Of a DNA stretch of 64,000 nucleotides, positions 52,108 through 62,714 are shown piece after piece (position 1 is the first letter of the stretch; each line of letters starts with the position of its first letter). A program made the position numbers and the translations under genes. The stretch is from an uncultured Acidobacteriota bacterium. Its GTDB lineage: Bacteria > Acidobacteriota > Terriglobia > UBA7540. The notes under the pieces were generated by a model. The model did no database searches. It worked only from the letters and a program-made list of their open reading frames with translations, and had not been told where the DNA came from. The stretch is taken from assembly GCA_963804995.1 (NCBI GenBank), contig CAWDSK010000002.1:448001-512000 (forward strand), written 5' to 3'.

Positions 52108-52240
52108 TTTCTTCTCATCAACATAATGGGTTAGCGACTATAACTATCTTATTTTTCAATAATATAATGGGTTCAATGGAGACTGAAATATTTTCTACAT
52201 GTGTTTTCAACAACATAATGGGTTCAACCTTCATTTTTAA
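52108..52240 (-). repeat. AT-rich phased triple repeat element G, copy 2
   Basis: Minus strand AAAAATGAAGG then three AACCCATTATRTTRWTGARAA units, spacing 51 and 41. Confidence 0.8.
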
Positions 52241-52333
52241 TTCCCCCTTTTCTGCTGCACCAACTCCGTCGGATTCAACTAAGTTATTTAATTTCAGACA
52301 CATAGGCGTTTGGACATTTCTGCCATCCCACCC

Positions 52334-53438
52334 TTAAGTTCCTTTGTTTTCTAGTATATATTGGGTTAGAAGGTCCTCTTCGCTCGCTTCCACGGCTTCC
52401 CTTTTGCCCTCTTGGCGTTTGATTTTCAGCAGCAGATTGGTGAGTCGGCGCACTTCTCGCAGGTTGGCATCTTGCATGCGCCGCATCAGCAAGCCATCCG
52501 CGTGGCTGGGCGCGACTTCCGCCGCGCGTTCGTAGGGCGAGGGCCCCGCCCAGCGACTGCTTCAGCAGGGCCTTGCGTTGCGTCTCACAACCCTCCGCCT
52601 GCCGGCTCAGGATATTCCTCAGGAGCTTGCGCGCCCGCTCCCGTGCCTTCCAGTCGTCCTTCGTGATCTTGGGGTACCGATCATCCTTTTCCGTATCTTC
52701 TCCCTCTTCATCATCGGGAAGTCCATCGATCTCTTCGGAGCCTTCGGGCCGGAGCACTATGCGCTCTCCGGAGGGGGTTAGCATAGAGACCGGCGAATCT
52801 ATCGTCTCCAGTCCGAAGATTGACCGGAAGCTGTTGATGGCGCCGCGATACCTCTCCTCTTGGGAAACTCCCTCCTTGTCCGCGCCAGGGTCCCGCAGTT
52901 GGTAGAAGAGGTCCAGGGCAATCTCACCCATTTCGGCCGCTACCCCGTCCTGCTGCAGTTTTTTCATGACTTCCAGGTCTTCGCAGGTGGTGACGTAATG
53001 CCAGCAGGCCACCGAGCGGGCCAGCGAGCGCAGCATTTCCACCGACATCTTGAGGCGCATCATCCGCGCGTGCAGCCGGTTGGGACGTCCCTGGTCAGCG
53101 CTCTGGGCGCGACGCAGCGCGTCGCCCTCCTGCGAACGATCCGCACGGTCCATCAGCCACAGGACCCGCGCCAGTCGGACCACCAATTTTTCCTGCAAGG
53201 CGCCGACGGGAGTGAATTCTTCGCGGAGTCCCGCGAGCAGTTCCTCGAAGTGAGCCGGGTCCTCCCCTAAACCGCACAAAGCCACCTCCTGCGCCCGGGC
53301 ATAGAAGCCATGACGCAGGCGCGCGGCGCCAGCGCGCTCCTTCCCCTCCACGGTCACCGGGCCTTGGGATTGATTCCCGTTGAGCCGATTGGCGGCCAGT
53401 TTCTTGTCCGACAGTTTATGTTTCTTAACTAGAGACAT
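52334..53438 (-). CDS. Uncharacterised protein with N-terminal 'AANRxN..SxGPxTxEGK...LRHG' motif, +1 frameshift near 52545
   Basis: KKLAANRLNGNQSQGPVTVEGKERAGAARLRHGFYA; corrected C-terminus ...PSPYERAAE...QYILENKGT*. Confidence 0.75.
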
Positions 53439-53909
53439 GGAAAACCTCCAAGAGCAAAAACGCGTTCAGCCATCAGCCGTCAGCTTTCAGCTTACTGCCT
53501 AGTGCCGATTCCGACTTGTCAGGACTCGCAAAGGGGTCTCGCTGCCTACTGCTTATCCCGACTTGTCGGGACTCGCAAAAAGCGCTCGCTGCCTACTGCC
53601 TTCTGTTTCTCCCCAGGCCCCAAGCACCTAGCACTCAGCGCCGGGCACTTCACATTAAGATTAACATTTATCGTAGGGGTAATTGCAATGAGAAGATTTA
53701 CGCTTGGGCTACCGGTAGCCCAAATCGTACACGAGGGGCGTCTAATTGTCCGAATTCGTCCCTGCGCTACCCTCGATGTCCGCAAGTCCTTTCACCGTAG
53801 GGGGAGTCGCCGCGGCGACACCGTGGCCCGCTCGTCTCAGGGCAGGAGCAAAAAGACCGCAGTCTGCGCTGGGGAGCCGATGTACAATAGGGTCGGAGGT
53901 TGTGAAACG

Positions 53910-54101
53910 ATGCGGGGTTACGAATTCACGGTGGTGATTGAGAGGGACGAGGATGGGCGGTTTGTGGCCATTTGTCCCGCCCTCCAGGGTTGCTATACCG
54001 AGGGGGAGACCGAGGAAGAAGCACACCAACTTATTGAAGACGCCATCCGGCTGCACGTCGAGAGCCGAATTGCGAGAAAGGAATCCTTCGCCAAATTATG
54101 A
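53910..54101 (+). CDS. HicB-family antitoxin (no hicA seen)
   Basis: FTVVIERDEDGRFVAICPALQGCYTEGETEEEA...IEDAI. Confidence 0.85.
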   Translation: MRGYEFTVVIERDEDGRFVAICPALQGCYTEGETEEEAHQLIEDAIRLHVESRIARKESFAKL

Positions 54102-54226
54102 GGGATGCGGAACTTACTTTTGACAACATGATGAAGGGGTGACCCTGGCTGGCGCAGAGATTACAGTTCGAACCGCGCCTGAGGTTGTGTGACCCGGAGG
54201 TGGCCACGGCCAATTCGTCTTGGGAA

Positions 54227-54276
54227 TTGACCGTGGGTTCGTCATAGAGTATTCTTTTAGCACCTAAAAAGGTGCT
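54227..54276 (+). promoter_or_regulatory. TA operon promoter and palindromic operator
   Basis: TTGACC-17 bp-TATTCT followed by AGCACCT-AAAA-AGGTGCT. Confidence 0.65.
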
Positions 54277-54293
54277 TTTAAAGGAGCAGGTCC

Positions 54294-54584
54294 ATGCTTG
54301 ACATTACCAAGGACATCCAGTCGCTGACGACCTTCCGCCGCCGGTCCGGCGAATTCATGAAGCATCTAAGAAGGAACAAGCGCCCCGTGGTGCTCACCGT
54401 GAGGGGGAAAGCAGCGGCCATCGTACAGGACGCCGAAGCCTATCAGCGATTGCTCGATATTGCCGCCCAGGCCGATGCCGAGGAAGGCATTCGTCAGGGC
54501 TTGGATGACGTCGCCCACGGACGCACTCGCCCGGCGAGAGAGGTATTTGACGAGATTCGCCGCAAACATGACATACCTCGTTGA
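54294..54584 (+). CDS. Phd/YefM-family antitoxin
   Basis: IQSLTTFRR, PVVLTVRGKAAAIVQD, GIRQGLDD. Confidence 0.9.
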   Translation: MLDITKDIQSLTTFRRRSGEFMKHLRRNKRPVVLTVRGKAAAIVQDAEAYQRLLDIAAQADAEEGIRQGLDDVAHGRTRPAREVFDEIRRKHDIPR

Positions 54585-54894
54585 GTTTGCCGCTCGCGCG
54601 GTCCGCGATCTTGAAACCCTTTATGTGGAAAAGAACGCTGCGGAGTCACACGCTGCGGGGCGCTGGTATAACGAGTTGGAGCTGGCGGTCTATGCGCTCG
54701 CATCGTACCCCCATCGCTGCCCCGTAGCCCCGGAGGCTCGGAGGATGAAGCGAGAGTTACGGAACCTGCTTTATGGCAAGAAGCCTCACGTTTATCGGGT
54801 CATTTATGAAGTCGATGAAGGCCGCCAAGCGGTGTCAGTGCTCACCATCCGCCACGGCGCAAGACGCAAGATTAAGGCGTCCGATCTCGCATAG
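54568..54894 (+). CDS. RelE/ParE-family toxin
   Basis: Overlaps the antitoxin stop; YLVEF...AVRDL, YRVIYEV, VLTIRHGAR. Confidence 0.88.
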   Translation: MTYLVEFAARAVRDLETLYVEKNAAESHAAGRWYNELELAVYALASYPHRCPVAPEARRMKRELRNLLYGKKPHVYRVIYEVDEGRQAVSVLTIRHGARRKIKASDLA

Positions 54895-55302
54895 CGGGTA
54901 GCCCGGGGGTAGCGGTAGCGCAAAGGTGGGCGCCGTCTGCCCTCCTTTGCGGCCCTTTTCGGTGAATTGCGTTACCATGCGCGCCGTCGGTCCGCCGCGT
55001 ACGGCTGCCCACCATGACCGCGCATAGGTTGGCCGCCAGGCAGGAGCCTCACACAACATTGGGGCGATGAAAAGCTGCGGAGGAACGCAAAGTACGCGTA
55101 CCTCCGCGCTACCCTGCTCGTCCTGGCTACCGGTAGCGCAAATCGTACGGGAGGGACGTCCTTTTGTCCGAATACGTTGCTGCGTCACCCGGGCCCTCCC
55201 GCCGGAAGAATGTCCCACGTCGAGCCAGCCGTGGGATGCAGATGGTACGCAGGCGGATTCCGATCAGATCGGGACAGGCCGCGAAGCGTCATACTTGCTG
55301 AG

Positions 55303-55613
55303 TGACCCCTCACCCGTCCCGCTCCGGCTGGTGAATGCGCCGGCAGCGGGCCACCCTCTCCCCTCGGAGAGGGCGATGCATTCGATTTGTGCGGTGTCCG
55401 GGAGAACATCACTAGGGCATCGGTCACTTAGCTCTTTATATGATACGAAACTCAAGATCGTTGGAGGGAAAACCTTCAGGCTTTTGATTGGCGAGGTCAG
55501 GATTCATCCACGGGTATGAGGATTAAATGTAGGATGTGCTAACCCTCTCCGAGGGGAGAGGGTGGACCGCAGCCGGCGTTCTCACCAGCCGGGGCGGGAC
55601 GGGTGAGGGGTCA
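55303..55613. repeat. Inverted pair of family B cores (55303-55373 and 55543-55613)
   Basis: 71-bp arms in opposite orientation around an AT-richer spacer. Confidence 0.8.
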
Positions 55614-55720
55614 TTCAAGAACAAATTGAAGAAGATGTGCAGTTGCCGGGCAGGTTCGAATGTTGACCCGAAATCGCCCGCTGCGCGGGCTGTGATGCTG
55701 AGCGAGTGTCGCAGGGGGCA

Positions 55721-57139
55721 TCAGATGCTCGCGGCTTTTCGATAACGCGCCATGTGTTCCTGAAGGTCAGGATTATCAGGGTCGAGGGCGAGTGCTTTTC
55801 TCTGAGTATCGACTGCCTTCTGAAAATCCTCGTTGACGAAGTAAGCTTCCGCCAGAGTATCGATGAATTCCGACTCTTTCCATTGCGTCAACTCCACCGC
55901 GAGCTGGGCGTGGGCCAGAGCAGCTTCGGGGTCGCGATACTTCAGGTCTTCGCAAGTGGCGTACAGCCACGCGAGGTTGTTGTGAGCTGCCGCCATGGCG
56001 GGTTCCAGACGCAAGGCTTCGGCGTAGTGGGCGATTGCCTCGGGGTAGAGTTTCTGTTCCGCGTAAAGATCGGCCAGCAACCTTTGGCCCTCAGCAGTCT
56101 GAGGACTCTTCCCCAATACCTTCTCAAAAATCTGCTGCGCTTTCGGGAGGTCGCCTTTCAAGCGGTAGACCATACCCAGTCTCAGTTGAGCCTCGGGATC
56201 GTCCGGGTCGAGGCGAATCGCTTCTTCGCACTCGCGCAGGGCCTGGTCATACTGCTTCTGGGCGAGGTAAAGCGCGCTCAGTTGCTCGTGAGGGCGCTCG
56301 TCGTGGGGAGCCCGGCGCGCAGCTTCCTGGAAACTTTGAAGGGCTCGATCATACTTCCGGGCCGTCGCGAACCGCGAGCCCTCCGCCAGCAATCGGTTGA
56401 CGGCCTGGGTCGTTCGATAGTGTTCCCCCGTCCCCGCCATGGCGAGCAACACCACCACGACCGGCAGCACTACCATTCCCTGTGAGGGGGACTCCACAAT
56501 TTCCCCCGGGACACGGACGTGTTCAGGAGGCGGAATCACCAGTGCCAACAAGATGCCACTCGCGAGGCCACCCAAGTGTCCCCAATTATCGATGCCGTGC
56601 GCCCAATACCCGGAGGCCAAAACGAGGACAATGAAGGGAATGATTCCCTTGCCGAACGACCTGCCCCAGCGGGGAGGAACGGCGTCGCGGTGAAGGTAAC
56701 CGGTAACCAGTATCGCGCCGGCGATGCCGCAGATGGCTCCTGAGGCTCCGGCGGAGATGTTGGTTGATACCGTCATCGACAGCAGCGCGCTGCCCATCCC
56801 CGCGGCGACGTAAATCGCGGCGTAACGCCCGTAACCGTACACACGTTCGAGCAGCGGTCCCAGGAAAAAAAGCGCGTAGCTATTCCCCAACAAATGACCC
56901 CAACCGATGTGCAGGAATATCGGCATGACCAGGCGCCAGTACTCGCCGCGCCGGAAATAGGGACCGTAAGCAGCGCCGAAGTCGAGCAGGACTCCGGTTT
57001 TTTCTGATCCCCCGGCGTACGTCTCCAAAAGGAAAATCAGCAGATTGAGGGCGAGGATGACGAAAGTGGCGATTGGCCAGGAGCGCCGGGGAGGAGAATC
57101 CTGTTGCGGTACCGGATAATTTAAAGGTTGGTCGGCCAT
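55721..57139 (-). CDS. Rhomboid intramembrane serine protease with C-terminal TPRs
   Basis: WRL, FLHIGWGHLLGN, GASGA, HLGG; TPR tail. Confidence 0.92.
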   Translation of the reverse strand: MADQPLNYPVPQQDSPPRRSWPIATFVILALNLLIFLLETYAGGSEKTGVLLDFGAAYGPYFRRGEYWRLVMPIFLHIGWGHLLGNSYALFFLGPLLERVYGYGRYAAIYVAAGMGSALLSMTVSTNISAGASGAICGIAGAILVTGYLHRDAVPPRWGRSFGKGIIPFIVLVLASGYWAHGIDNWGHLGGLASGILLALVIPPPEHVRVPGEIVESPSQGMVVLPVVVVLLAMAGTGEHYRTTQAVNRLLAEGSRFATARKYDRALQSFQEAARRAPHDERPHEQLSALYLAQKQYDQALRECEEAIRLDPDDPEAQLRLGMVYRLKGDLPKAQQIFEKVLGKSPQTAEGQRLLADLYAEQKLYPEAIAHYAEALRLEPAMAAAHNNLAWLYATCEDLKYRDPEAALAHAQLAVELTQWKESEFIDTLAEAYFVNEDFQKAVDTQRKALALDPDNPDLQEHMARYRKAASI

Positions 57140-57181
57140 CAGTCTCAGTCAAATGTCAGGGGTTGGAAGCGGGCGAGCCGC

Positions 57182-57769
57182 TTACGCCTTGGGGAGCTCC
57201 TCATAATAGCTTTCGCCGGCGCACGAACGGCACAAAACTTGTCCCGCGACGTGGCGCTCGCGGCCATCGTTGATTCCCTCCCCGCAACGGGTGCAGTTCA
57301 CACGGGATCGTGGCCTGCCCGGAAGGTCGCCAGGATCGAGTTTCACGCGCACCCACTGAACGGTAAACAATTCGCCGTCACCCATCACCTTGTAGGCTTC
57401 GAGTTGCGCCTGATGGGGGTCGGAAAGAGCGGGAAACATTAACTTGGCGCGCTGGCGCGAATCGTCGCGGGCCACGATGCGAACCGCGTGACCCGTTTCC
57501 GTATCGACGAAGGTGGCCGCCACCTTGCCGTAATCGTGGAACTTGAGGGTGCGCTTCCCCAACCGGCAACCCGTTACCAGGCTGATGGTGTCGGTCGCGC
57601 AACGATCGATTTCAACAAACGTTAACAGGCGCTTGCAGTGCTTTACCGGATCGTCAAACCCCAGCGCCTGCAGGCCGTAGATGGCCATGCGAATTCCCAG
57701 CATCTGGCCGGGACACATGTGGCCATGATTCTGCCCCGCCAGCGTGATGTACTCTTCCAACGTTTTCAT
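57182..57769 (-). CDS. FmdE-family protein with C-terminal zinc finger
   Basis: HGHMCPG, EIDRCATD, TGCRLGK, CTRC...CRSC. Confidence 0.9.
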   Translation of the reverse strand: MKTLEEYITLAGQNHGHMCPGQMLGIRMAIYGLQALGFDDPVKHCKRLLTFVEIDRCATDTISLVTGCRLGKRTLKFHDYGKVAATFVDTETGHAVRIVARDDSRQRAKLMFPALSDPHQAQLEAYKVMGDGELFTVQWVRVKLDPGDLPGRPRSRVNCTRCGEGINDGRERHVAGQVLCRSCAGESYYEELPKA

Positions 57770-57967
57770 GGGCGCAGCCCGCAGTGGGAAATTATACCAT
57801 CCCGCTGCGGGCCGCGGCGTGCGTCGGCGGCGCTTGGGTTGACTTCCTTGACAGTTGCTTTGGGGTGGGAAGAGAATCGTTGTAGCTTGTCGGCGCGCAA
57901 TTGTATGGCTGGAGGGGCGCGGTGGAAAGAGGGAGAATCGCTGCCTCACGCACCAGGAGAGGAAACC

Positions 57968-59206
57968 ATGTTGGGTAAGAAAACAGTTCGAGCGTTAGTG
58001 CTGGCACTGCTGGTTGCGATGGCGAAGGCCACGGCGGTCACCCCCCCGCGCCCTGCCAATCCGCACGACTTTGCCGTGATGGCGTGGGACAACGCGCCGT
58101 CCGACCCGGAACAGTTGCGGCTGATGAAGGAGGCCGGGCTCAACATCGCGGGATTCTGTGCGCCCCACGATGTGGAACGCGTGCACGCTGCGGGTCTCAC
58201 TTGTTTCGTTTCGGACGGACGGGTAAGCGGCTACGATTGGGAAAAGCTGCCGCCGGATATAGAACTCAAGAAAAATATTGCGGCTGCGGTTCACGACGTG
58301 GCAGGCAATCCCGCTGTCCTCGGCTACCTGCTGCGAGATGAACCGCGCGTAAATCTGTTCCCAGGGCTGGGGCACATAGAGAGACTGCTGGCTGAGGCAA
58401 TGCCCGGCGGCTGGCCTTACGTAAACCTCTTTGCAGCCTTCGGTGGCCGCGCTTTCACGGGCGCCGACGACTACGAAACGTACCTGCGGGAATATGTCGA
58501 GAAGGTTCATCCCCCCTTCCTTAGTTATGACGACTACGCGCTGGTGGAAGGTGAGATGCGCGATATCTTTTACACCAATCTCGAATTGGCGCGCCGGGTG
58601 AGCCTGGAAGCGAAGATCCCCTTTTGGAATTGCATTCTTTCGACCGCCCATTATGACTACATGGTGGCATCGGACGCGACCTACGGACTTCAGGTATACA
58701 GCACCCTCGCTTACGGCGGGCGCGGCATTGAGTACTACACCTATTTCACGTCAGAGGGCGGAAACCATCACCTGGGTCCCATCGATCAATTCGGCTTCCG
58801 CACCCCGACCTGGGATATGCTGCGGCGCATTAATTACCAGATTCATGCCCTGGCGCCAACGCTGATTCACCTTCACAGCACGGGCGTTTACCACTGGCGG
58901 GATGTGCCGCTGGAAGGTCACCCGCTGGCGGAAAGCCGCCTGGTGCAGAGGATTGATGTTGCCACGCCCTCTTTGCGCCACGCGAAGGAACCGCGCTTTC
59001 TGCTGGGAGAATTTGAAGATTCCCAGGGCCGCCCTTACCTTATGCTGGTCAATAAAGACCTCGGCCAGTCCTTCACGTTCAAGATTCAACTCAAAGAGGC
59101 AGGGAAGAAATTGATCTGGGTCTCGTCTTTTACCGGAGAAGAGGCTGGTGAAACCCCGGACGCCTGGCTCGCTCCCGGCGCCGGAATGCTATATCGCTTG
59201 CAGTGA
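57968..59206 (+). CDS. Secreted hypothetical protein, glycoside-hydrolase-like TIM barrel
   Basis: Signal peptide; GYLLRDEP, PYVNL, LSYDDY; RBS GGAGAGG. Confidence 0.65.
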   Translation: MLGKKTVRALVLALLVAMAKATAVTPPRPANPHDFAVMAWDNAPSDPEQLRLMKEAGLNIAGFCAPHDVERVHAAGLTCFVSDGRVSGYDWEKLPPDIELKKNIAAAVHDVAGNPAVLGYLLRDEPRVNLFPGLGHIERLLAEAMPGGWPYVNLFAAFGGRAFTGADDYETYLREYVEKVHPPFLSYDDYALVEGEMRDIFYTNLELARRVSLEAKIPFWNCILSTAHYDYMVASDATYGLQVYSTLAYGGRGIEYYTYFTSEGGNHHLGPIDQFGFRTPTWDMLRRINYQIHALAPTLIHLHSTGVYHWRDVPLEGHPLAESRLVQRIDVATPSLRHAKEPRFLLGEFEDSQGRPYLMLVNKDLGQSFTFKIQLKEAGKKLIWVSSFTGEEAGETPDAWLAPGAGMLYRLQ

Positions 59207-60477
59207 TTACTTGCTTTGCCGCCCGCAGTCGCGCACCGTTTCGTACATGGCCAGGACGTTTTCAATCGGGACGCCGGCTTGCACGTTGTGGGTGGTGTTG
59301 AAGACATATCCCCCACCCCTTCCAAAAGTGCGCAAGCGCGCGCAGACTTCCTTGCGAACATCCTCGGCGGTTCCGAAGGGCAGGGTGCGTTGCGTATCCA
59401 CACCGCCGCCCCAGAAAGTGACGCTTCCGCCGAATTCCTGCTTGAGTTCCTCCGGCGCCATGCAGGCGGCTGAGCACTGCACGGGATTGAGGATGTCGAA
59501 GCCCGCGTCAATGAAGTCGGGGATCAACGCCCGCACGGAGCCGCAGGAGTGAATGAAAGTCTTCCACGTCGTGTGCTGATGCACCCAATCGTTGACAGCC
59601 TTGTTGAAGGGCTTAAAAAGGTTGCGATAGGTTTGGGGTGAGATGAAGGGGCCATTTTGCTGCCCGAAGTCTGTCCCCGACAAAAAGGCCACCGTCACGC
59701 GCTCACCTACGACCTGGTGGATCCTCTCAAGGTTCCTGATACCCATCTCGCACTGGCATTCAAAAATCTTGTAGATGAAATCGCGGCGCGTGAGGGTGCT
59801 GACGTACCATTCCTCGACGTTGCGGATTCCCTTGGGATGTTTCAGCCAGGGGCCGGGGACCAACGCGATGTCGCCGAAAGCCGTTCCTCCAAAATTCCCC
59901 AGCACGGCTTTATCGGTCTCGGTCCAGATTCTTTCCGCCTCGCGTCCCAGATGCGCCAGGTCTTCGTCAGCAATGGGGCCAAACTCTTCCAGGTTATCTT
60001 CGAGGTTCAGGTTGTTGTCGTCGAGCGGAGCCTGGCGCGGGATCGAGTCAAAATAGAAGCCGCCTTTCGGCATGCGGCCACTGGGTGGGACGGACTTGTC
60101 TCCCTCGGGATACATCAGGATGTCGCCCTGCGCGTCCGGTTCGGTATTGAAGCCTTCGGGAACCAGCACCGGGGTCCCCGCAAAGTTGTCCAAGGCTTCC
60201 AGCCCTGGTTTTTGAAACCGAACATGGTGGCAGGCTTTCCCAGCCCCACCACGTCGACGCCAAGGGCCTCCATCAGGTCCGCCTTGATTTCACCCAGCAT
60301 TTGATAGGGTTCCATCACCTTCACAGGTGTGCCGGGCGCGTCCAGGCCGAGCGCCTGACGGAGTTTGTAGACTGTATCAACCTGCATCCCGGTTACGGCA
60401 CTAGCGCCGAGGTCAACCGGCACGCGGTCGGCTTCCTGATGATTCAGGGCAAGATTGACGCGTTCACGTGAAGTCAT
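59207..60477 (-). CDS. Uroporphyrinogen-decarboxylase-family (MtaA/CmuA-like) methyltransferase, -1 frameshift near 60183
   Basis: MTSRERV..ALNHQEADRVPVDLG; HSCG, NPVQ, WGGGVDTQ, HNVQ. Confidence 0.85.
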
Positions 60478-60506
60478 GGAAGACACCCCCAGGGACAAGT
60501 GGCGAG

Positions 60507-60566
60507 AAATCGAAAGACGAAAATCGAAACTCGAAATTCGAAACTCGCCCCGACTTTCGACTTTCG
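60507..60566. repeat. 7-bp tandem repeats with a partial inverted arm
   Basis: AAATCGA AAGACGA AAATCGA AACTCGA AATTCGA AACTCG...TTTCGAC TTTCG. Confidence 0.7.
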
Positions 60567-60616
60567 GCCTTGGTTAGGCCAGCACACGTCTCTTGTCACT
60601 CATCATTGACATAAGG

Positions 60617-61908
60617 CTAAGCCGCGGCGTCCAGACGTAAGGGATAGGCGCCATACTCGCGCGCGGCTTGATACATGGCGAGCACGTTCTCAACCGGCAC
60701 GAGCGCTTGGACATTGTGAACGGCGTTGAAAACGAAGCCTCCACCAGGACCAAAGGCCCTGATGCGTTCGCGAACCTCGTTGCGAACGTCTGCCGTCGTG
60801 CCGAAAGGCAGTGTGCGCTGTGTGTCCACCCCGCCACCCCAGAAGGTCATCCGGCTGCCGAATTTCGTTTTCAGATCGAAAGGATTCATGTGCGCCGCTG
60901 AGCACTGCACGGGGTTGAGGATTTCGAAGCCGGCGGCGATGAAATCCTCGAGCAGCGCCCACACGGAACCGCAACTGTGGATGAAGGTCTTCCACTGTGT
61001 GCTGCGGTGCACCCAATTGTTGACCTGTTTGTGGAAAGGCTGGAAAAGTTGGCGGTAAGTCTTAGGCGAAACAAAGGGCCCATTCTGAGCGCCGAAATCC
61101 GTGCCGCTAAGGTAGGCAGCGGTCACGCGGTTGCCCACCACCGCGAAAATCTTTTCGAGGTTCGCCAGATTGATTTCCGTCTGGCGTTCGAAAATTTTGT
61201 AGATGTGATCTTGCCGCGAGCTCAGGCTGACGTACCACTCCTCGACGTTGCGAATTCCCTTGGGGTGGATCAGCCCCGGCCCGGGAACTCGGGCGATGTT
61301 GCCGAGCGATAGCGCGCCCAAGTTCAGCACGATGGCCTTGTCCGTCCCAGTGTAAAGCTCCTCCGCGCGGCTACGAAAATGTTCCAGTTCCTCGTCGGTA
61401 ATGGGGCCGAACTCTTCGAGATTATCCTCGACGCGCAGGTTGTTCTCGTCCAAAGGTTCCTGCCGCACAATGACATCAAAGTAAAATCCCCCCGCGGCAT
61501 GCGCGCGGAAGGTGACGCCGAGTAGTCGCCTTGCGGGTATAAAAGCAGGTCGCCGTTCGGGGCGGTCCGGGTGTTGAAACCGGAGGGGACCAGCGCCGGG
61601 GTGCCGCCGAAGGTCTTCCACTCTTTCCACCCTTCCAGCTTGAAGCCGAACGCCGTCCCCGTGCCGGGCAGTAACACCGTATCGATTCCCAAGGCGTCCA
61701 GCAAGTCAGGCTTGATCTCCCCCAGCATCTGGAAGGGCTCGAGGATCTTGACGGGTGTGCCGGGGGCATCCAAATCCAGCGCTTGCCGCAGCCGATAGAC
61801 GGTGTCCACATGCATTCCGGTCACCGAAGTCCCCCCCAGGTCGAGGGGAAGGCGATCGGGTTCCTGGTGCGCAAGCGCAAGTTGAACTCGCTCACGGGAG
61901 CTCATCAT
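60617..61908 (-). CDS. Second URO-D-family methyltransferase paralog, -1 frameshift near 61490
   Basis: Same motifs as 59207-60477; joins as SARMPRG/GFYFD at a G6 run. Confidence 0.85.
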
Positions 61909-62057
61909 GGCCTAACTCCTACTTCTACGCCGCGCCCGCGCGGACCACGGCGTTCCTTAGAATTTTTGTCGGCGCGGTTCCAGGCAGCGCCAACCGGGAC
62001 CCGTCCCAACATCGTCGGGAGGTCAGCGCTACAGGACGCCATCGGACTTTTTGCTCG

Positions 62058-62696
62058 TCAGGCTGCGGCGACGTTCCTAGCCAATTCCACGGCGGCGGGC
62101 GCGTCCTTGCCGTACCCATCCGCGCCGATCGAGTGTGCCCAGGCATCGGTGACGGGTGCGCCGCCCACCAGGACTTTTACTTTTTCGCGAAGTCCGGCCT
62201 TCGACAGCGCCTCAATCACCGACTTCATATTCACCATCGTGGTGGTAAGCAGCGCCGACAGCGCCACGATATTGGCCGAGTGCTTTTGGACCGCTTCCAC
62301 GACCTTCTCAGGCGTAACGTCAACGCCCAGGTCGATGATTTGAAAACCGGCGCTTTCCAGCATCATGGCCACGATATTCTTGCCGATGTCGTGCAAGTCA
62401 CCTTTCACGGTGCCGCACACGACCGTGCCGGCGGATTTGACGGACTCGTCGCCCACCAACAGGGGCCGCAAGATGTCCGTCGAACCGCGCGCGGCGCGAG
62501 CAGCGATTAGCACTTCGGGAATGAAGAATTCACATTCCCGCATGCGGCGTCCGACTTCGTCCATGGCCGGGATGATGGCCTTGGGGAAAAACTCAGCCGG
62601 CCGAATTCCTTCCTTCAGCATTTTGTCGGTCAATTCCTTGGCTAATGGAGCTTTCCCATCGATGATTGCCTGTTGAAGTTCTTCAAAGCGTGTCAT
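62058..62696 (-). CDS. Corrinoid (B12-binding) methyl-carrier protein
   Basis: Cap domain FFIPEVLIAA; GTVKGDLHDIGKNIV (DxHxxG), LSALLTTTM, VGGAPV. Confidence 0.93.
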   Translation of the reverse strand: MTRFEELQQAIIDGKAPLAKELTDKMLKEGIRPAEFFPKAIIPAMDEVGRRMRECEFFIPEVLIAARAARGSTDILRPLLVGDESVKSAGTVVCGTVKGDLHDIGKNIVAMMLESAGFQIIDLGVDVTPEKVVEAVQKHSANIVALSALLTTTMVNMKSVIEALSKAGLREKVKVLVGGAPVTDAWAHSIGADGYGKDAPAAVELARNVAAA

Positions 62697-62714
62697 ACGT
62701 GTCTCCCTTTTAAG

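Noticed and set aside
52108..52240. CRISPR array (repeat-spacer look, ATTGAAA-like ends), also at 43776-43912
   Set aside because: Only three degenerate units, unequal spacers (30 and 20 bp), and no cas genes in the window; reported as a different repeat element.
52540..61495. Programmed frameshifting or true pseudogenes at ~52545, ~60183 and ~61490
   Set aside because: All three lie in short homopolymer runs in otherwise intact genes, which is typical of long-read indel error.
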